Shown: positions 9,869 to 20,538, counted from the stretch's first letter. The stretch is 64,000 nucleotides of DNA from Alkalispirochaeta sp. (GCA_965601925.1 OZ271854.1:1280001-1344000), one strand, 5' to 3'. The notes: a model not told the origin generated them from the sequence alone. Numbers and translations are program-made.

Positions 9869-12612
9869 TCGCTGTTACCGACCTGCACTGCGAGGGACTA
9901 CGCAACCCGTTGGGTATCGACGCACGGAATCCGCGCCTCAGCTGGCGCATCGACTCCGACGAGCGCGATGTACGGCAAACGTCGTATCGGGTAGTGGTGG
10001 AACGAGAGGGTGCGGTAGTCTGGGACAGCGGGCGGGTCGCTTCCGATCGATCGGTGCACGTGCGATACGCCGGAGCGTCGCTTGAGTCGCGCCGACGCTA
10101 CACGTGGCGTGTGCGGGTGTGGGACCGGGCGGGGCGTGCAAGCGACTGGAGCGCACCGACGTGGTGGGAAATGGGGCTCCTGACGGTGTCGGACTGGCGC
10201 GCAACGTGGATCGAACCGGAGGGGACGATCGATCCGGAATCGCACCAGCCGGCGCCATTTGTCCGCACGACCTTCGAGCTCGGCGACTCCGAAGTGGCAT
10301 CCGCCCGTATCTATGCGACGGCCCACGGCGTGTACGAGCTCCACCTCAATGGTGAAGTCGTGGGCGATCGTGTGCTCGCGCCGGGCTGGACCTCGTATCA
10401 CCACCGTCTTCAGTATCAGGTCTACGATGTCGGCGCCCTTCTTCTCCCGGGCGTCAATGCCGTCGGCGCGATTATCGGCGACGGCTGGTGGCGCGGATCG
10501 TTGGGAACCGGATCGCTCCGTAACGCGTACGGTGGGAAGGTCGGTTTCCTGTTCCAACTCGAGATTCGATGTACCGACGGAAGCGAGCGCGTCATCACGA
10601 GCGACGATGCGTGGAAGACGGCGGTCGGCCCGATTCTCACATCGGATATGCAGGAGGGCGAGACGTACGATGCCCGGCTGGAGATGCCCGGCTGGGCGAC
10701 ACCCGACTTTGACGATGCCGGGTGGCCACGAGTCGCCGATGCGTCGTATCCGTTGGACAATCTCGTAGCCGAGTCGTCGCCGCCGATTCGGTGCAAGGAA
10801 GAGCTCGCACCGGTAGCAGTGCTGACGACTCCGTCGGGAAAGCGGGTCGTCGACTTCGGACAAAACATCTCGGGCCGCGTTCGTTTCACCTTGCGGGGAC
10901 GCGCGGGCCGGACGATTACACTCCACCACAATGAGTCGTTGGAAAACGGCGAGTTCGTCGTGGCGAAGGGTATCAAGGTGCCGTTCCTCGGTTTCGTCAT
11001 GCCGCGCCAAGCGGTGACGTATACGTTCGCGAGCAACGAGATCGAACGTTTTGAATCGAAATTCACGACGCAGGGGTTCAGGTATCTCTACGTTGCCGGA
11101 TACGACGGTGAGATCGCTTCGGAGGACTTCCGTGCCGTGGCGATGTACTCCGACATGGAGCGAATCGGATACTTCGAGTGCTCCGACGCACGCATCAATC
11201 GCCTGCACGAGAACATTCTCTGGAGCCAGAAAGGTAACTTCATGGACGTTCCGACCGACTGTCCGACGCGCGCGCGGGGGGGATGGACCGGTGACGCCCA
11301 GATCTTCGCCCGCACCGGCGCCACGCTCATGGAAACCGGCACATTTTTCACGAAGTGGCTCAAAGATTTGGCGGTGGACCAGGAGCCGTCGGGCAGGGTC
11401 GGCGGTATGGTGCCCGCTTTTTATCGTAGTGCCGGCAGACGTCACCTTCTACTGAACGATACCGACGGCGCAGCCGGTTGGGCGGACGCATCGGTGCTCA
11501 TACCGTGGACGATGTACCGTGTATACGGCGATCGGACGATCCTCGAGACGCAATACGAGAGTATGGCGGCGTGGATCGAATACGCACATAGCCGAACAAA
11601 GCGAGTTAACTGGAACCGGAAACTGAGCCCGCGTTACTGGCTGCGACGATCGAGGAGAGACAACCTCAAGACGCTGTGGGACACCGATTTTCATTGGGGT
11701 GAGTGGACCGAACCGGAAGACGGTCCCCTGCAAATCTTCGGCGGGGCGTTGCTCAACTTCATTATATCCAAGCCGCTGGTGGCGTCGGCCTACTACAAAC
11801 ACTCCTGCGACATCATGGCCGAGGTCGCCGCGCTACTGGGCAGGAACTCCGACGCACAGCGTTATCGCGCGCGGTCGGCGGCCGTAAAGCGGGCCTATGC
11901 CGCCGAGTTCGTCGGCAAAGACGGACGAATCAAGCCGGACAAACAGGCGTCGTACGTCAGGGTCCTGGCCTTCGATCTCGTTCCCGACGAGCTGCGCCCG
12001 GTGGTGGTTCGTCGACTCCTGGATTTGATCCGCAAAGCCGGAAATCACCTGGGCACCGGCTTTCTCTCTACCGGCATGCTATGTGGCGTACTCGCCGACG
12101 AAGGCTATCTTGACGTCGCGTACGACCTTCTCATGCAAGATACGATCCCCTCCTGGCTCTACGCGGTCGGGAAGGGGGCCACGACCATCTGGGAGGGCTG
12201 GAACACGATCAAACCTGACGGTTCGGGCGGCATAGGTTCCCACAACCACTACTCCAAGGGTGCGGTCGGCGAATGGCTCTATCGAGGTGTGGCGGGAATC
12301 GAGATCGACGAGGCGGGGTACAAGCGGAGCATCATTCGGCCGCGCCCCGGCGGCGGGCTGCGATACGTCAGGGCTTCGATCCGGTCGGTGTACGGAACGA
12401 TCGGCTCATCTTGGAACATCGACGGGAATCGGTTCGATCTCGAGGTCGAAGTCCCCCCCAATACGACGGCGACCGTCACACTTCCCGACGGTTCCGATGC
12501 TATTGAGGTCGGTTCGGGGCGTCACTCGTTTTCGTGTTCTTTGGAGCCTACGATTTCGGGCGTATCGACCACGCCGACGGAGTCTCGCGCGACGAGCAGA
12601 GACCATGCGTGA
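9865..12612 (+). CDS. Alpha-L-rhamnosidase, GH78 family
   Basis: The likely start is the ATGA overlap at 9865 (MIAVTDLHCEGLRNPLGID). Motifs LAPGWTSY, DFGQN, DCPTRARGGWTGD, GATTIWE, SHNHY. Confidence 0.93.
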   Translation: MIAVTDLHCEGLRNPLGIDARNPRLSWRIDSDERDVRQTSYRVVVEREGAVVWDSGRVASDRSVHVRYAGASLESRRRYTWRVRVWDRAGRASDWSAPTWWEMGLLTVSDWRATWIEPEGTIDPESHQPAPFVRTTFELGDSEVASARIYATAHGVYELHLNGEVVGDRVLAPGWTSYHHRLQYQVYDVGALLLPGVNAVGAIIGDGWWRGSLGTGSLRNAYGGKVGFLFQLEIRCTDGSERVITSDDAWKTAVGPILTSDMQEGETYDARLEMPGWATPDFDDAGWPRVADASYPLDNLVAESSPPIRCKEELAPVAVLTTPSGKRVVDFGQNISGRVRFTLRGRAGRTITLHHNESLENGEFVVAKGIKVPFLGFVMPRQAVTYTFASNEIERFESKFTTQGFRYLYVAGYDGEIASEDFRAVAMYSDMERIGYFECSDARINRLHENILWSQKGNFMDVPTDCPTRARGGWTGDAQIFARTGATLMETGTFFTKWLKDLAVDQEPSGRVGGMVPAFYRSAGRRHLLLNDTDGAAGWADASVLIPWTMYRVYGDRTILETQYESMAAWIEYAHSRTKRVNWNRKLSPRYWLRRSRRDNLKTLWDTDFHWGEWTEPEDGPLQIFGGALLNFIISKPLVASAYYKHSCDIMAEVAALLGRNSDAQRYRARSAAVKRAYAAEFVGKDGRIKPDKQASYVRVLAFDLVPDELRPVVVRRLLDLIRKAGNHLGTGFLSTGMLCGVLADEGYLDVAYDLLMQDTIPSWLYAVGKGATTIWEGWNTIKPDGSGGIGSHNHYSKGAVGEWLYRGVAGIEIDEAGYKRSIIRPRPGGGLRYVRASIRSVYGTIGSSWNIDGNRFDLEVEVPPNTTATVTLPDGSDAIEVGSGRHSFSCSLEPTISGVSTTPTESRATSRDHA

Positions 12613-14263
12613 CGACGAGGGACGACGCTCGGGCGCCGCGGCGTTCTTCTCGTTTTTCCTCAAGGGGCTGAGGAGTCTCAACTACGGGGAGGAGCGTAAA
12701 CTCCGCATTCTGATCGTTCTATGCGTCGTGTGCTTCAGCGTGATGACGCTTGCCGCGGTATTCAACATTGTGGGTTCCGGCGGAGGCTCGGTCAACCCGG
12801 GACAGCTCGTCGCGGTACTACTCTTTCTTGTCCCACTCATAATGATCAGGCGCGGGAAAACCCACGGCGCGGCCTTCTGCTTCCTCGTGATTTTGACGGC
12901 AACTTTCTTCCTGGTAGCTTTTCTCGATCGCGAACGCTCATTCGCCATACTCGACAGGTGGTCCACCTCGTCGGTAGTCGTTCTGACGTTCACGACTGCG
13001 GTCGCCCATACGATGTGGGTCTACTGGGGGGTGGACGCGTTGATAGTGGTGGGTTACGGCGCCCTCATCCTCCTCAAGTCGCTACCGGCGCAGCAGTGGC
13101 GGTTTCAGCCCGGCGATGTGCGGCACATATTCGACGCGGTAATCCTGAACGTGTTTGTGGCGGGGGCGGGAAAGGTCGTGTTTACCTTGACGCAAACGGC
13201 CCTCGCGCGCGCGGAAGATGAAAGCGAGCGTAACCGGCAACGCGCCGTGACGATCGGCCGCGTGTTGGCCGAATCCAACAAGACGATGAATGTGGGGTCG
13301 AATCTCGTCGGCCTGACGGACCGGAACCTTCATATCCTGAAGACGCTTCGGTCCGAAATCGACGGTCTGCGCGACTTTGCACAAGACTTCAACCGCCGAA
13401 TGGAGACGGCGGTAGTGGAGAACGGCAGCGTCCTCAACGCCGCTGAACTTGTCGAGAGAAACTTTCTCGACCAGCGGACGGTTATCGAAGAGACGGCCGC
13501 GGCGGTTAATGAGTTGACGACGTCTATTCAAAACCTGTCGCTGTCGATGCACGGCGAAAAGACGCTGATACGCACATTGATCGAGCGGTCTGAAGCGGGT
13601 GAACGAACCCTGGCGACGGTGGTCAAGAATATGACCGCCGTATCGGACAACATCGAGAGTCTCGTCGAGATATCGAACGTGATCGGTGAGATCTCGGAAC
13701 ACACCAACCTCCTGGCGATGAACGCATCGATAGAGGCGGCGCACGCCGGTAACTACGGCCACGGCTTCAAGGTCGTGGCGGCGGAAATCCGGAGCCTGTC
13801 CGTACAGACATCCGCACAGGCGAAGACGATCGGCCGAGAGGCGCTCCATAACGTAGCGCGAATTCACGACGCCCTGGAAAGCAACAAGGCCGCCGAGGAC
13901 CAGTACCGCGCCCTGATGCACGAGGTGCTCACCTTTGTCACCGCGATCGAGGAGGTCATCGCCGGTATGGACGAAATGTCGCGGGGAGCCGAACAGATCA
14001 ACACGGCGGTGAGCCACATGACGGACCTTACGGTGAACTCGACCGACTCGGTGCAAGAGGCGAAAGCGTGCGCCCGGAAAACGTCGAAAAATGTTCAATG
14101 CCTCGACGACGTGTTTGCGCGCTTTCTCGGCACTATTGAGGCGTTCGGGGATAGCTTCCACCGAATCGAGGACGGAATGAACGATATCCAAGAGATCGGT
14201 GAGCAAAACATCCGGCATATCACGCATATGAATGAACACATCGTCGTCATCGATGAGCCGTAG
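12605..14263 (+). CDS. Methyl-accepting chemotaxis protein with multi-TM sensor
   Basis: Signalling hairpin ISEHTNLLAMNASIEAAHAGNYGHGFKVVAAEIRSLS, with N-terminal TM helices. Confidence 0.92.
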   Translation: MRDDEGRRSGAAAFFSFFLKGLRSLNYGEERKLRILIVLCVVCFSVMTLAAVFNIVGSGGGSVNPGQLVAVLLFLVPLIMIRRGKTHGAAFCFLVILTATFFLVAFLDRERSFAILDRWSTSSVVVLTFTTAVAHTMWVYWGVDALIVVGYGALILLKSLPAQQWRFQPGDVRHIFDAVILNVFVAGAGKVVFTLTQTALARAEDESERNRQRAVTIGRVLAESNKTMNVGSNLVGLTDRNLHILKTLRSEIDGLRDFAQDFNRRMETAVVENGSVLNAAELVERNFLDQRTVIEETAAAVNELTTSIQNLSLSMHGEKTLIRTLIERSEAGERTLATVVKNMTAVSDNIESLVEISNVIGEISEHTNLLAMNASIEAAHAGNYGHGFKVVAAEIRSLSVQTSAQAKTIGREALHNVARIHDALESNKAAEDQYRALMHEVLTFVTAIEEVIAGMDEMSRGAEQINTAVSHMTDLTVNSTDSVQEAKACARKTSKNVQCLDDVFARFLGTIEAFGDSFHRIEDGMNDIQEIGEQNIRHITHMNEHIVVIDEP

Positions 14264-14621
14264 GCACCGAGCGGAAAGACGCGTGTGAGCCTACACCCGC
14301 ACTCGGAGCGAAAAGGTCGGATCGCGGTGTGCGTCACAGGAACGAGACCATTCGGAGTAGTCGCAGTCAAGGAGGCATCATGTGAAATCGATGTAACGCA
14401 CGGCGCACGGGGAGCGTTTTTTGGGAGCCCGACAACGACGCTCCACACCGGGCCGAATCGTCATACATGCGGAGACGCAAAGCATGGCGACGGGCGAGCG
14501 CATGAGATTCGATCCGGTTATATCCCCGCGGGGCAACGGAAATGTTCGCGACAGCAGTGAGTACCGTACAAACGACCGCATCCGAGTGCCGTTCGCGGTC
14601 GTGTTCTAAAGGAGTTTTATC

Positions 14622-15857
14622 GTGGCGAAAATAAAAAATAGATATGGAAAAATTTTATTTTCAGCAATATCTATTGTTGCTTTTGTGACTTCTCCCGTCG
14701 ACGGTATATTGGCGGAAGAAGGGGGAGTATTCGACTATGTGATATTTCCCGCATACGATTACAGACCGGGCTTCGATCACACCCTGTTACTCTTGCAACG
14801 ATTTGTCTGGAATCTGGAAGACGATCAAGTCGTCTCCTCCGATGTGCAGCTGATCAAATCTCTTAGCAATGAATCGTGGATGATCGGGAGCACCAACTTT
14901 TACAACACAAACGATTGGCGCTTTGAGTTGAATGGTTCGTTGGCGTTTGGAATCAATGAAATATCTTCGAACGACCTCGGCCTCAACGACGCCGCGAATG
15001 CCGTCCACGCTCAGTTCTTCGGCACCCCGAGCGATTATGATCTCGGTAATGTGGATACCGAATCTCGCATAAGCGTCGTGCAGGGTTTCGTGAAGAGAAG
15101 GATGGTGGGCGACCTATACCTCGGTCTCGGATTGGAATATCAATTATTGGATTTTTTTATGGAAACAGGTGAACTGGATTGGCCCGGTCCGTTGGCATCC
15201 CTGCCCTTGGATCCGTTCGAGGATATCGAGGCTCAAAATACCCTCTTGATGCCGATCATACGCTTGGAACTCGATACTCGCGACAGCTTCTTTTATCCCA
15301 CCACCGGGTTCTTTGCGACGGGGTCGGTTTTTCTGATTACCGATAGTTTCGGGACTACTTTGGAGGGACTGAACGCCGAAACCGGTGGAGTCACGGAGCT
15401 CGCCGATTACGTCATAACGAGAAACATCGTCGATGTACGATACTTCTATGCACCAACCGGCTCGTGGCGGACGGTGGTTGCGCCTCGATTGAATGTCAAT
15501 ACTCACACCGTACTCTCCGGGGACGACGACGTACCCGAGGCTCTGTTTCTCAACGCCAATGGGAGGATCAGAGGATATGAAGACGGTGACTACTCGGGAG
15601 CGCAACTCTACGCTGTGGAACTCGAGCTGCGGCAGTACGTGACCGATCGACTCGGGTTCGTAGCATTCGGTACGCTCGGGTTTCTCGGCGACGATATCGA
15701 GGACTCGTTCACCGAGAGCGAGAACTTCGTGCCCGGTTTCGGCGGCGGCTTACGCTTTCTGGCCTCGGAACGGAACAGACTCGCACTCCGAGGGGATATT
15801 GCCTTCGGGAAAGAGGGCAACTGGGCTCTTTACTTCGGAATCGCCGAGTACTATTAG
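14622..15857 (+). CDS. Omp85/BamA-TamA-like outer-membrane beta-barrel protein
   Basis: Signal peptide, DTRDSFFYPTTG, IRGY, GFGGGLRF, and aromatic C-terminus YFGIAEYY. AAGGAG RBS. Confidence 0.8.
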   Translation: MAKIKNRYGKILFSAISIVAFVTSPVDGILAEEGGVFDYVIFPAYDYRPGFDHTLLLLQRFVWNLEDDQVVSSDVQLIKSLSNESWMIGSTNFYNTNDWRFELNGSLAFGINEISSNDLGLNDAANAVHAQFFGTPSDYDLGNVDTESRISVVQGFVKRRMVGDLYLGLGLEYQLLDFFMETGELDWPGPLASLPLDPFEDIEAQNTLLMPIIRLELDTRDSFFYPTTGFFATGSVFLITDSFGTTLEGLNAETGGVTELADYVITRNIVDVRYFYAPTGSWRTVVAPRLNVNTHTVLSGDDDVPEALFLNANGRIRGYEDGDYSGAQLYAVELELRQYVTDRLGFVAFGTLGFLGDDIEDSFTESENFVPGFGGGLRFLASERNRLALRGDIAFGKEGNWALYFGIAEYY

Positions 15858-15917
15858 CACGCCCCACATGAATACCGGGGAGTCTGCGGCGCGGTGCCGG
15901 CGGCACACAGGCCGTCC

Positions 15918-15979
15918 CGCGCCTCTTCCCGGTGCTCTGTCGACGGGGACCGGGCCGGCGGCGTCGATCATTCAGCAGG
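15918..15979 (-). repeat. Degenerate half-copy of the toxin-cassette leader element
   Basis: + strand GGGGACCGGGCCGGCGGCGTCGATCATTCAGCAGG aligns with GGGGACCGGCCGACGGTGTCGATCACTCAGCAGG at 53137-53170. It is preceded by CGCGCCTCTTCCC (compare CGCGTCTCCCCC). Confidence 0.65.
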
Positions 15980-16080
15980 TTCACCGGATGCGTTCCTCGG
16001 ACTCAAGGTCCGGCGGTACGGGAGATCACCCTCGGGGCGCGGGTGTGGCGGTCTCCCGCGGCTTGTGCCACAATCAGAGT

Positions 16081-16347
16081 ATGATAACGATTGCCCGCTT
16101 CGGATTCCGCTTTCAGGCTGAACACGCTCTCGTGTTTCTGCGGCAGAACAAAATCGAAGCGATTCTGTGGGGTGACGATATGGGCGGCCTGAATCCGGCG
16201 ATCGGATTTATGGAATCGTTCGAGATTCGCGTACACCCCGACCAGGAGACGATCGCCCGGGAGTTGCTCTCCGACTTCGGCATTGCGCAACCGGAAGGGG
16301 GCACCACGGATCGGGACGACGACCTTAAGACCTCACCCTCCATGTGA
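16081..16347 (+). CDS. Small DUF2007-like protein
   Basis: MITIARF..QAEHALVFLRQNKIEAIL..D...EIRVHPDQETIARELL matches the general pattern of this family. Confidence 0.65.
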   Translation: MITIARFGFRFQAEHALVFLRQNKIEAILWGDDMGGLNPAIGFMESFEIRVHPDQETIARELLSDFGIAQPEGGTTDRDDDLKTSPSM

Positions 16348-16506
16348 ACGTATACCGTATCGGATATGTGCGTACACCGATAGGCTGAGACCTTCTCACC
16401 GATTCGGCGCAAGAGCGTGACGCGCGATTCCGTTGACACTACCCGGTGAGCGCCGCTATCGTTACGCTGCTTATCCACTCAAGGGGCGCGTGGCGGAGCG
16501 TGCGTT

Positions 16507-17184
16507 ATGATCAGACTCAGGAGTCTTACAAAGTCGTATCCCGTCGGCGAGGGCCGCCTGGAAGTGCTGAAAGGCATCGATCTTCACGTATCCGAGGGCG
16601 AGTTCGTCTCGATCATGGGTTCATCGGGATCGGGCAAGTCCACACTACTCAACGTCATCGGAATTCTCGACGATTACGATGCGGGCGACTACACGCTCAA
16701 CGATCTGGCCATTCGCGACCTTTCTGAGACCGCGGCCGCCGGTTACCGCAACCGTTTCATCTCGTTCGTCTTCCAGGCGTTTAACCTGTTGCGTTTCAAA
16801 ACGGCTCTCGATAACGTGGCGCTTCCCCTCTATTACCAGGGTGTAAAGCGCAAAGAACGCCATCGAATCGCGGGGGAGTACTTGGCGAAGGTCGGCCTGG
16901 CCGATCGGGCGGATCACCGCCCTCATCAAATGTCCGGGGGCGAGCAACAGCGGGTGGCCATCGCCCGCTCCCTCGTCTCCCGGCCCAAGTTGCTCCTCGC
17001 CGACGAGCCGACCGGAGCGCTCGACTCCTCGACATCGCACCACATCATGGAGCTTCTCACGGAGGTAAACCGAATGGGTATCACCGTGCTGTTGGTGACC
17101 CACGAACGCGACATCGCCGAGATGACGCACCGCGTCATCCATATGAAGGACGGATTGATAGAAGAGGACGCTTATGTTCGATAG
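16507..17184 (+). CDS. ABC transporter ATP-binding protein (MacB/LolD-type)
   Basis: Walker A GSSGSGKST, MSGGEQQR, LLADEPTG, VTHE. Confidence 0.95.
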   Translation: MIRLRSLTKSYPVGEGRLEVLKGIDLHVSEGEFVSIMGSSGSGKSTLLNVIGILDDYDAGDYTLNDLAIRDLSETAAAGYRNRFISFVFQAFNLLRFKTALDNVALPLYYQGVKRKERHRIAGEYLAKVGLADRADHRPHQMSGGEQQRVAIARSLVSRPKLLLADEPTGALDSSTSHHIMELLTEVNRMGITVLLVTHERDIAEMTHRVIHMKDGLIEEDAYVR

Positions 17185-18424
17185 CGATACGTGGCAGGAG
17201 ATCGCCTCAAGCGTCAAAGCACACAAACTACGCACCGCGTTGACCGCATTCGGCGTTTTTTGGGGCATCTTCATGCTGGTCATGCTCATGGGGATCGGAG
17301 GCGGCCTGGAACACGGCGTCCTACGTAACTTCTCGGGGAGCGCGGTCAACTCGTTGTACGTCTGGGGTGAGCGAACGTCGCTCCCGTATCGAGGATTGCA
17401 GCCCGGACGGTGGATCGAGCTCACGAATGAAGATACCGCGGCACTGCGCTCGTCCTTCGGCGAGATAACGCTTCTCGCGCCGAGTGTATCGCTGTGGGGC
17501 GAGTACACCGTCGATCGGCGAGCGTTGAGCGGATCATTCCACGTACGCGGCGACGTTCCGGATTTCGTCGGTATCAACGAGCGTCGAATGACCGAGGGAC
17601 GCTTTTTAAACGCCCGAGACGTCGAAGAGCATCGTAAGGTCGCGGTTATCGGGTCGCGCGTACGGGAGGTGCTCTTTGAGACCGACGAGGACCCCGTCGG
17701 AACTCCGATCCGTATCAACGGCGTCTACTTTACCGTCGTGGGCGTCTTTGCCGTCGATTCACTCCAGGGAGGACGGCGCGACGCGGAAATGATCCACATC
17801 CCTCTCCCGACGCTCCAACGGACGTTTCATCAAAACAACCGGATCGGCCACTACGCGATCGCGATCGATGAAGCGTACCCGATGGAAGAGGTAGAGGGGC
17901 GAATAAAAGCGTTCTTGGCGGCCCGCCATACGATCGCCCCTGACGACAGGCAGGCGATCGGCTCCTGGAACAATGCGCGGGAGTACCGGCAACTCACCGG
18001 GCTCTTTCGCGGTATACGACTCTTTCTCCTGATCGTGGGCGTAGGCACCATCACCGCCGGAATCGTGGGGGTGAGCAACGTCATGCTCATCGTGGTCAAG
18101 GAGCGCACCCGGGAGATCGGAATCCGCAAAGCTTTGGGCGCCACACCGCGCTCCATCGTCGGCCTCGTCCTCCAAGAGTCGGTGATCATCACCGCAACCG
18201 CGGGATATCTCGGCCTCGTGGCGGGCGTCGGCCTCGTGGAGCTGATCGGGTACACCATGGAACGCTTTCAGATAGAGAGTGAGTATTTCTCACGGCCCGA
18301 GGCCGATTTGGGCATTGCGGTATTGGCGCTCTCGTTACTCGTGGCGGCGGGCGTTCTGGCGGGCCTCTTTCCGGCACTGCGAGCCGCGCGTATCAAACCG
18401 GTAGAGGCGTTGAAGGAAGAGTAG
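17174..18424 (+). CDS. MacB/FtsX-type ABC permease
   Basis: KLRTALTAFGVFWG, VKERTREIGIRKALGA, PALRAARIKPVEAL. Confidence 0.93.
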   Translation: MFDSDTWQEIASSVKAHKLRTALTAFGVFWGIFMLVMLMGIGGGLEHGVLRNFSGSAVNSLYVWGERTSLPYRGLQPGRWIELTNEDTAALRSSFGEITLLAPSVSLWGEYTVDRRALSGSFHVRGDVPDFVGINERRMTEGRFLNARDVEEHRKVAVIGSRVREVLFETDEDPVGTPIRINGVYFTVVGVFAVDSLQGGRRDAEMIHIPLPTLQRTFHQNNRIGHYAIAIDEAYPMEEVEGRIKAFLAARHTIAPDDRQAIGSWNNAREYRQLTGLFRGIRLFLLIVGVGTITAGIVGVSNVMLIVVKERTREIGIRKALGATPRSIVGLVLQESVIITATAGYLGLVAGVGLVELIGYTMERFQIESEYFSRPEADLGIAVLALSLLVAAGVLAGLFPALRAARIKPVEALKEE

Positions 18425-18425
18425 C

Positions 18426-19499
18426 ATGACACACATATTGAGTCGGGCGCTTCTGGTGCTCTTGGTGCTGAGTTTTGTCGCGACCTTCGGTTTTCTGGTC
18501 GCGCGGTCGCGGGAAACGCCGACCTCCTACGCGTACGAGACGCCGGTTGTCATGGACATCGTGCAAAAAACGATAACGTCGGGCTCGGTCGTTCCTAAGG
18601 AGGAGATCGAGGTAAAGTCGCGCCTCTCCGGTGTCGTGGGGGCGATCTTCGTAGAACCCGGGGACGTGGTGGCCGCCGGTGATCCGCTCGTTTCGGTCAG
18701 GGTGATTCCCGCAAGCATAGAGCTCAACCGTGCCGAGGCGGAGCTGGAGCGGGCGCTGATCCTTTTAGAGGATGCCTCCGAGGAGCTGGAGCGTCGGAGC
18801 CCGTTGCGCGAACGTAACGGAATATCCGAGATGGAGTACAACGAGCTGATCACCGCGTACCGATTGGCGCTGGCCGACTACGAGGCCGCGGAAAACAACC
18901 TCACACTCCTACGGGACGGCGTCTCGGGGAGCGGACGAGAGGCGAATGTCGTCGCGGCGCCCGCGGGAGGGACGGTGTTGGAGCTGCCGATTCGTATCGG
19001 TAGCCCGGTGGTGGAGAGCAACAGCTTCAACGAGGGAACGACCGTCGCACTCCTCGCCGATATGAGTCGGCTTGTTTTCGAGGGGTATCTGGAGGAGTCG
19101 GAGATCGGCCGAGTAGAAGAAGGCATGGATATGGAAATCCATATCGCGGCGATCGAAGGCGAGACGTTCCACGCCCGCCTCGACCGTATCGCACCGAAGG
19201 GCGAGGACGTTCGCGGTTCGATCCAATTCAGAATAGAGGGTGCCCTGGACATACCGCCGGACCGCATCGTTCGTGCGGGGTACAGCGCCAACGCCGATAT
19301 CGTCCTGGCGCGCGCCGACGGCGTTCCCGCCGTCCCGGAGAGAGACGTCCTCTTTGAGGGAACGCAGACCTTTGTTGAAGTGGAGGCCGAACCGCAGCGC
19401 TTCGAACGTCGCGAGGTCACCCTGGGGATTTCCGACGGCATCATGGTGGAAATCGCCGCAGGGCTCGCCGCCGATGAGTCGGTGAAGGTCCAACAGTAG
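18426..19499 (+). CDS. Periplasmic adaptor (MacA/HlyD-like membrane fusion protein)
   Basis: N-terminal anchor, lipoyl half-motifs (VEPGDVVAAGDPL, APAGGTV), coiled-coil hairpin, EVTLGISDG. Confidence 0.9.
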   Translation: MTHILSRALLVLLVLSFVATFGFLVARSRETPTSYAYETPVVMDIVQKTITSGSVVPKEEIEVKSRLSGVVGAIFVEPGDVVAAGDPLVSVRVIPASIELNRAEAELERALILLEDASEELERRSPLRERNGISEMEYNELITAYRLALADYEAAENNLTLLRDGVSGSGREANVVAAPAGGTVLELPIRIGSPVVESNSFNEGTTVALLADMSRLVFEGYLEESEIGRVEEGMDMEIHIAAIEGETFHARLDRIAPKGEDVRGSIQFRIEGALDIPPDRIVRAGYSANADIVLARADGVPAVPERDVLFEGTQTFVEVEAEPQRFERREVTLGISDGIMVEIAAGLAADESVKVQQ

Positions 19500-19696
19500 C
19501 GCCGTTGCGACCGTTCCGCTCTCGGACATCGCGACCCGTTGTGCGCCGAGACGGATTCCCCTATCATTGAGTCATTACTTCTCGAGTGCAGCGCTCTCCT
19601 TTTTTTGGGGTGGTACGGGGCGTTCCGTGAAGTCGCCCCGTCTCGATACGGTCGACCGTCTATCGGAACCGACGGCACGTAGATCGGGAGGGTTAT

Positions 19697-20371
19697 ATGG
19701 GCTATTACATGGATCTCACAACCATGAGTCTGGACCGGTACAAGGAGCGCCTGGAGACGGGGGATCTGCTCCCCAGCAGAATGATGCTGAGGGACGGCAT
19801 CGACGAGCACTTCGACGCAATCAAGAAGCAGAAGATCGGGAATGTAGACGAACTTTATCACGCCCTGAAGACCAAGAAGAAGTTCAAGGAGTTTCTTCGT
19901 GCAAGTGCCGTTCCCGAAGCGTACCTCGCCATGGTTCTTCGTGATATTAAGGGCTTCCTGCAAAAGCCGAACAAGATAGCGGACTTTCCGACCGTCGACC
20001 CGGAAACGACGCGGGCCCTCGAAGGGGTCGGAATCAAAAACACCCTACAGCTCTACGAGAGGGTCATCACCGATACGGACCGGCGGGCCCTCGCCCGCGA
20101 GACCGGCATTGAAGAGACGGAAATTCTACGCCTCGCGCACTTGGCGGATCTCAGTCGCATAAAATGGGTCAACCATACCTTCGCCTACGTCCTTCTGGAG
20201 GCCGGATACGACTCGGCTCGGAGCGTGGCCCAGGCCGACTATCACAAGCTCTATGAAGAGGTCAGACGGCTCAACCGGGAGCGCGAGATCTACAAGGGGA
20301 ACATCGGAGCGCACGATATGAAGCTGTGCGTCGAGGCGGCCCGAGATCTCGACGATGAGATAGCGTGGTAG
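19697..20371 (+). CDS. DUF4332-like helix-hairpin-helix protein
   Basis: GIKNTLQL, RRALARETGI, LADLSRIKWV, LLEAGY. GGAGG RBS. Confidence 0.65.
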   Translation: MGYYMDLTTMSLDRYKERLETGDLLPSRMMLRDGIDEHFDAIKKQKIGNVDELYHALKTKKKFKEFLRASAVPEAYLAMVLRDIKGFLQKPNKIADFPTVDPETTRALEGVGIKNTLQLYERVITDTDRRALARETGIEETEILRLAHLADLSRIKWVNHTFAYVLLEAGYDSARSVAQADYHKLYEEVRRLNREREIYKGNIGAHDMKLCVEAARDLDDEIAW

Positions 20372-20538
20372 ATCTCCAGTGCACGACGCTGCGGACCCAT
20401 CGATAATGGGACGGCTGCACCGGAACGCCGCTCGGACACCGACAAGCGGGAGTCTCACCGAATCGCGAAAAACGCGCACAAACGGTCAAACATGTCCTCG
20501 TCCCATGCGCCACACTCCGACATAGAGAAGGAGTGTAT

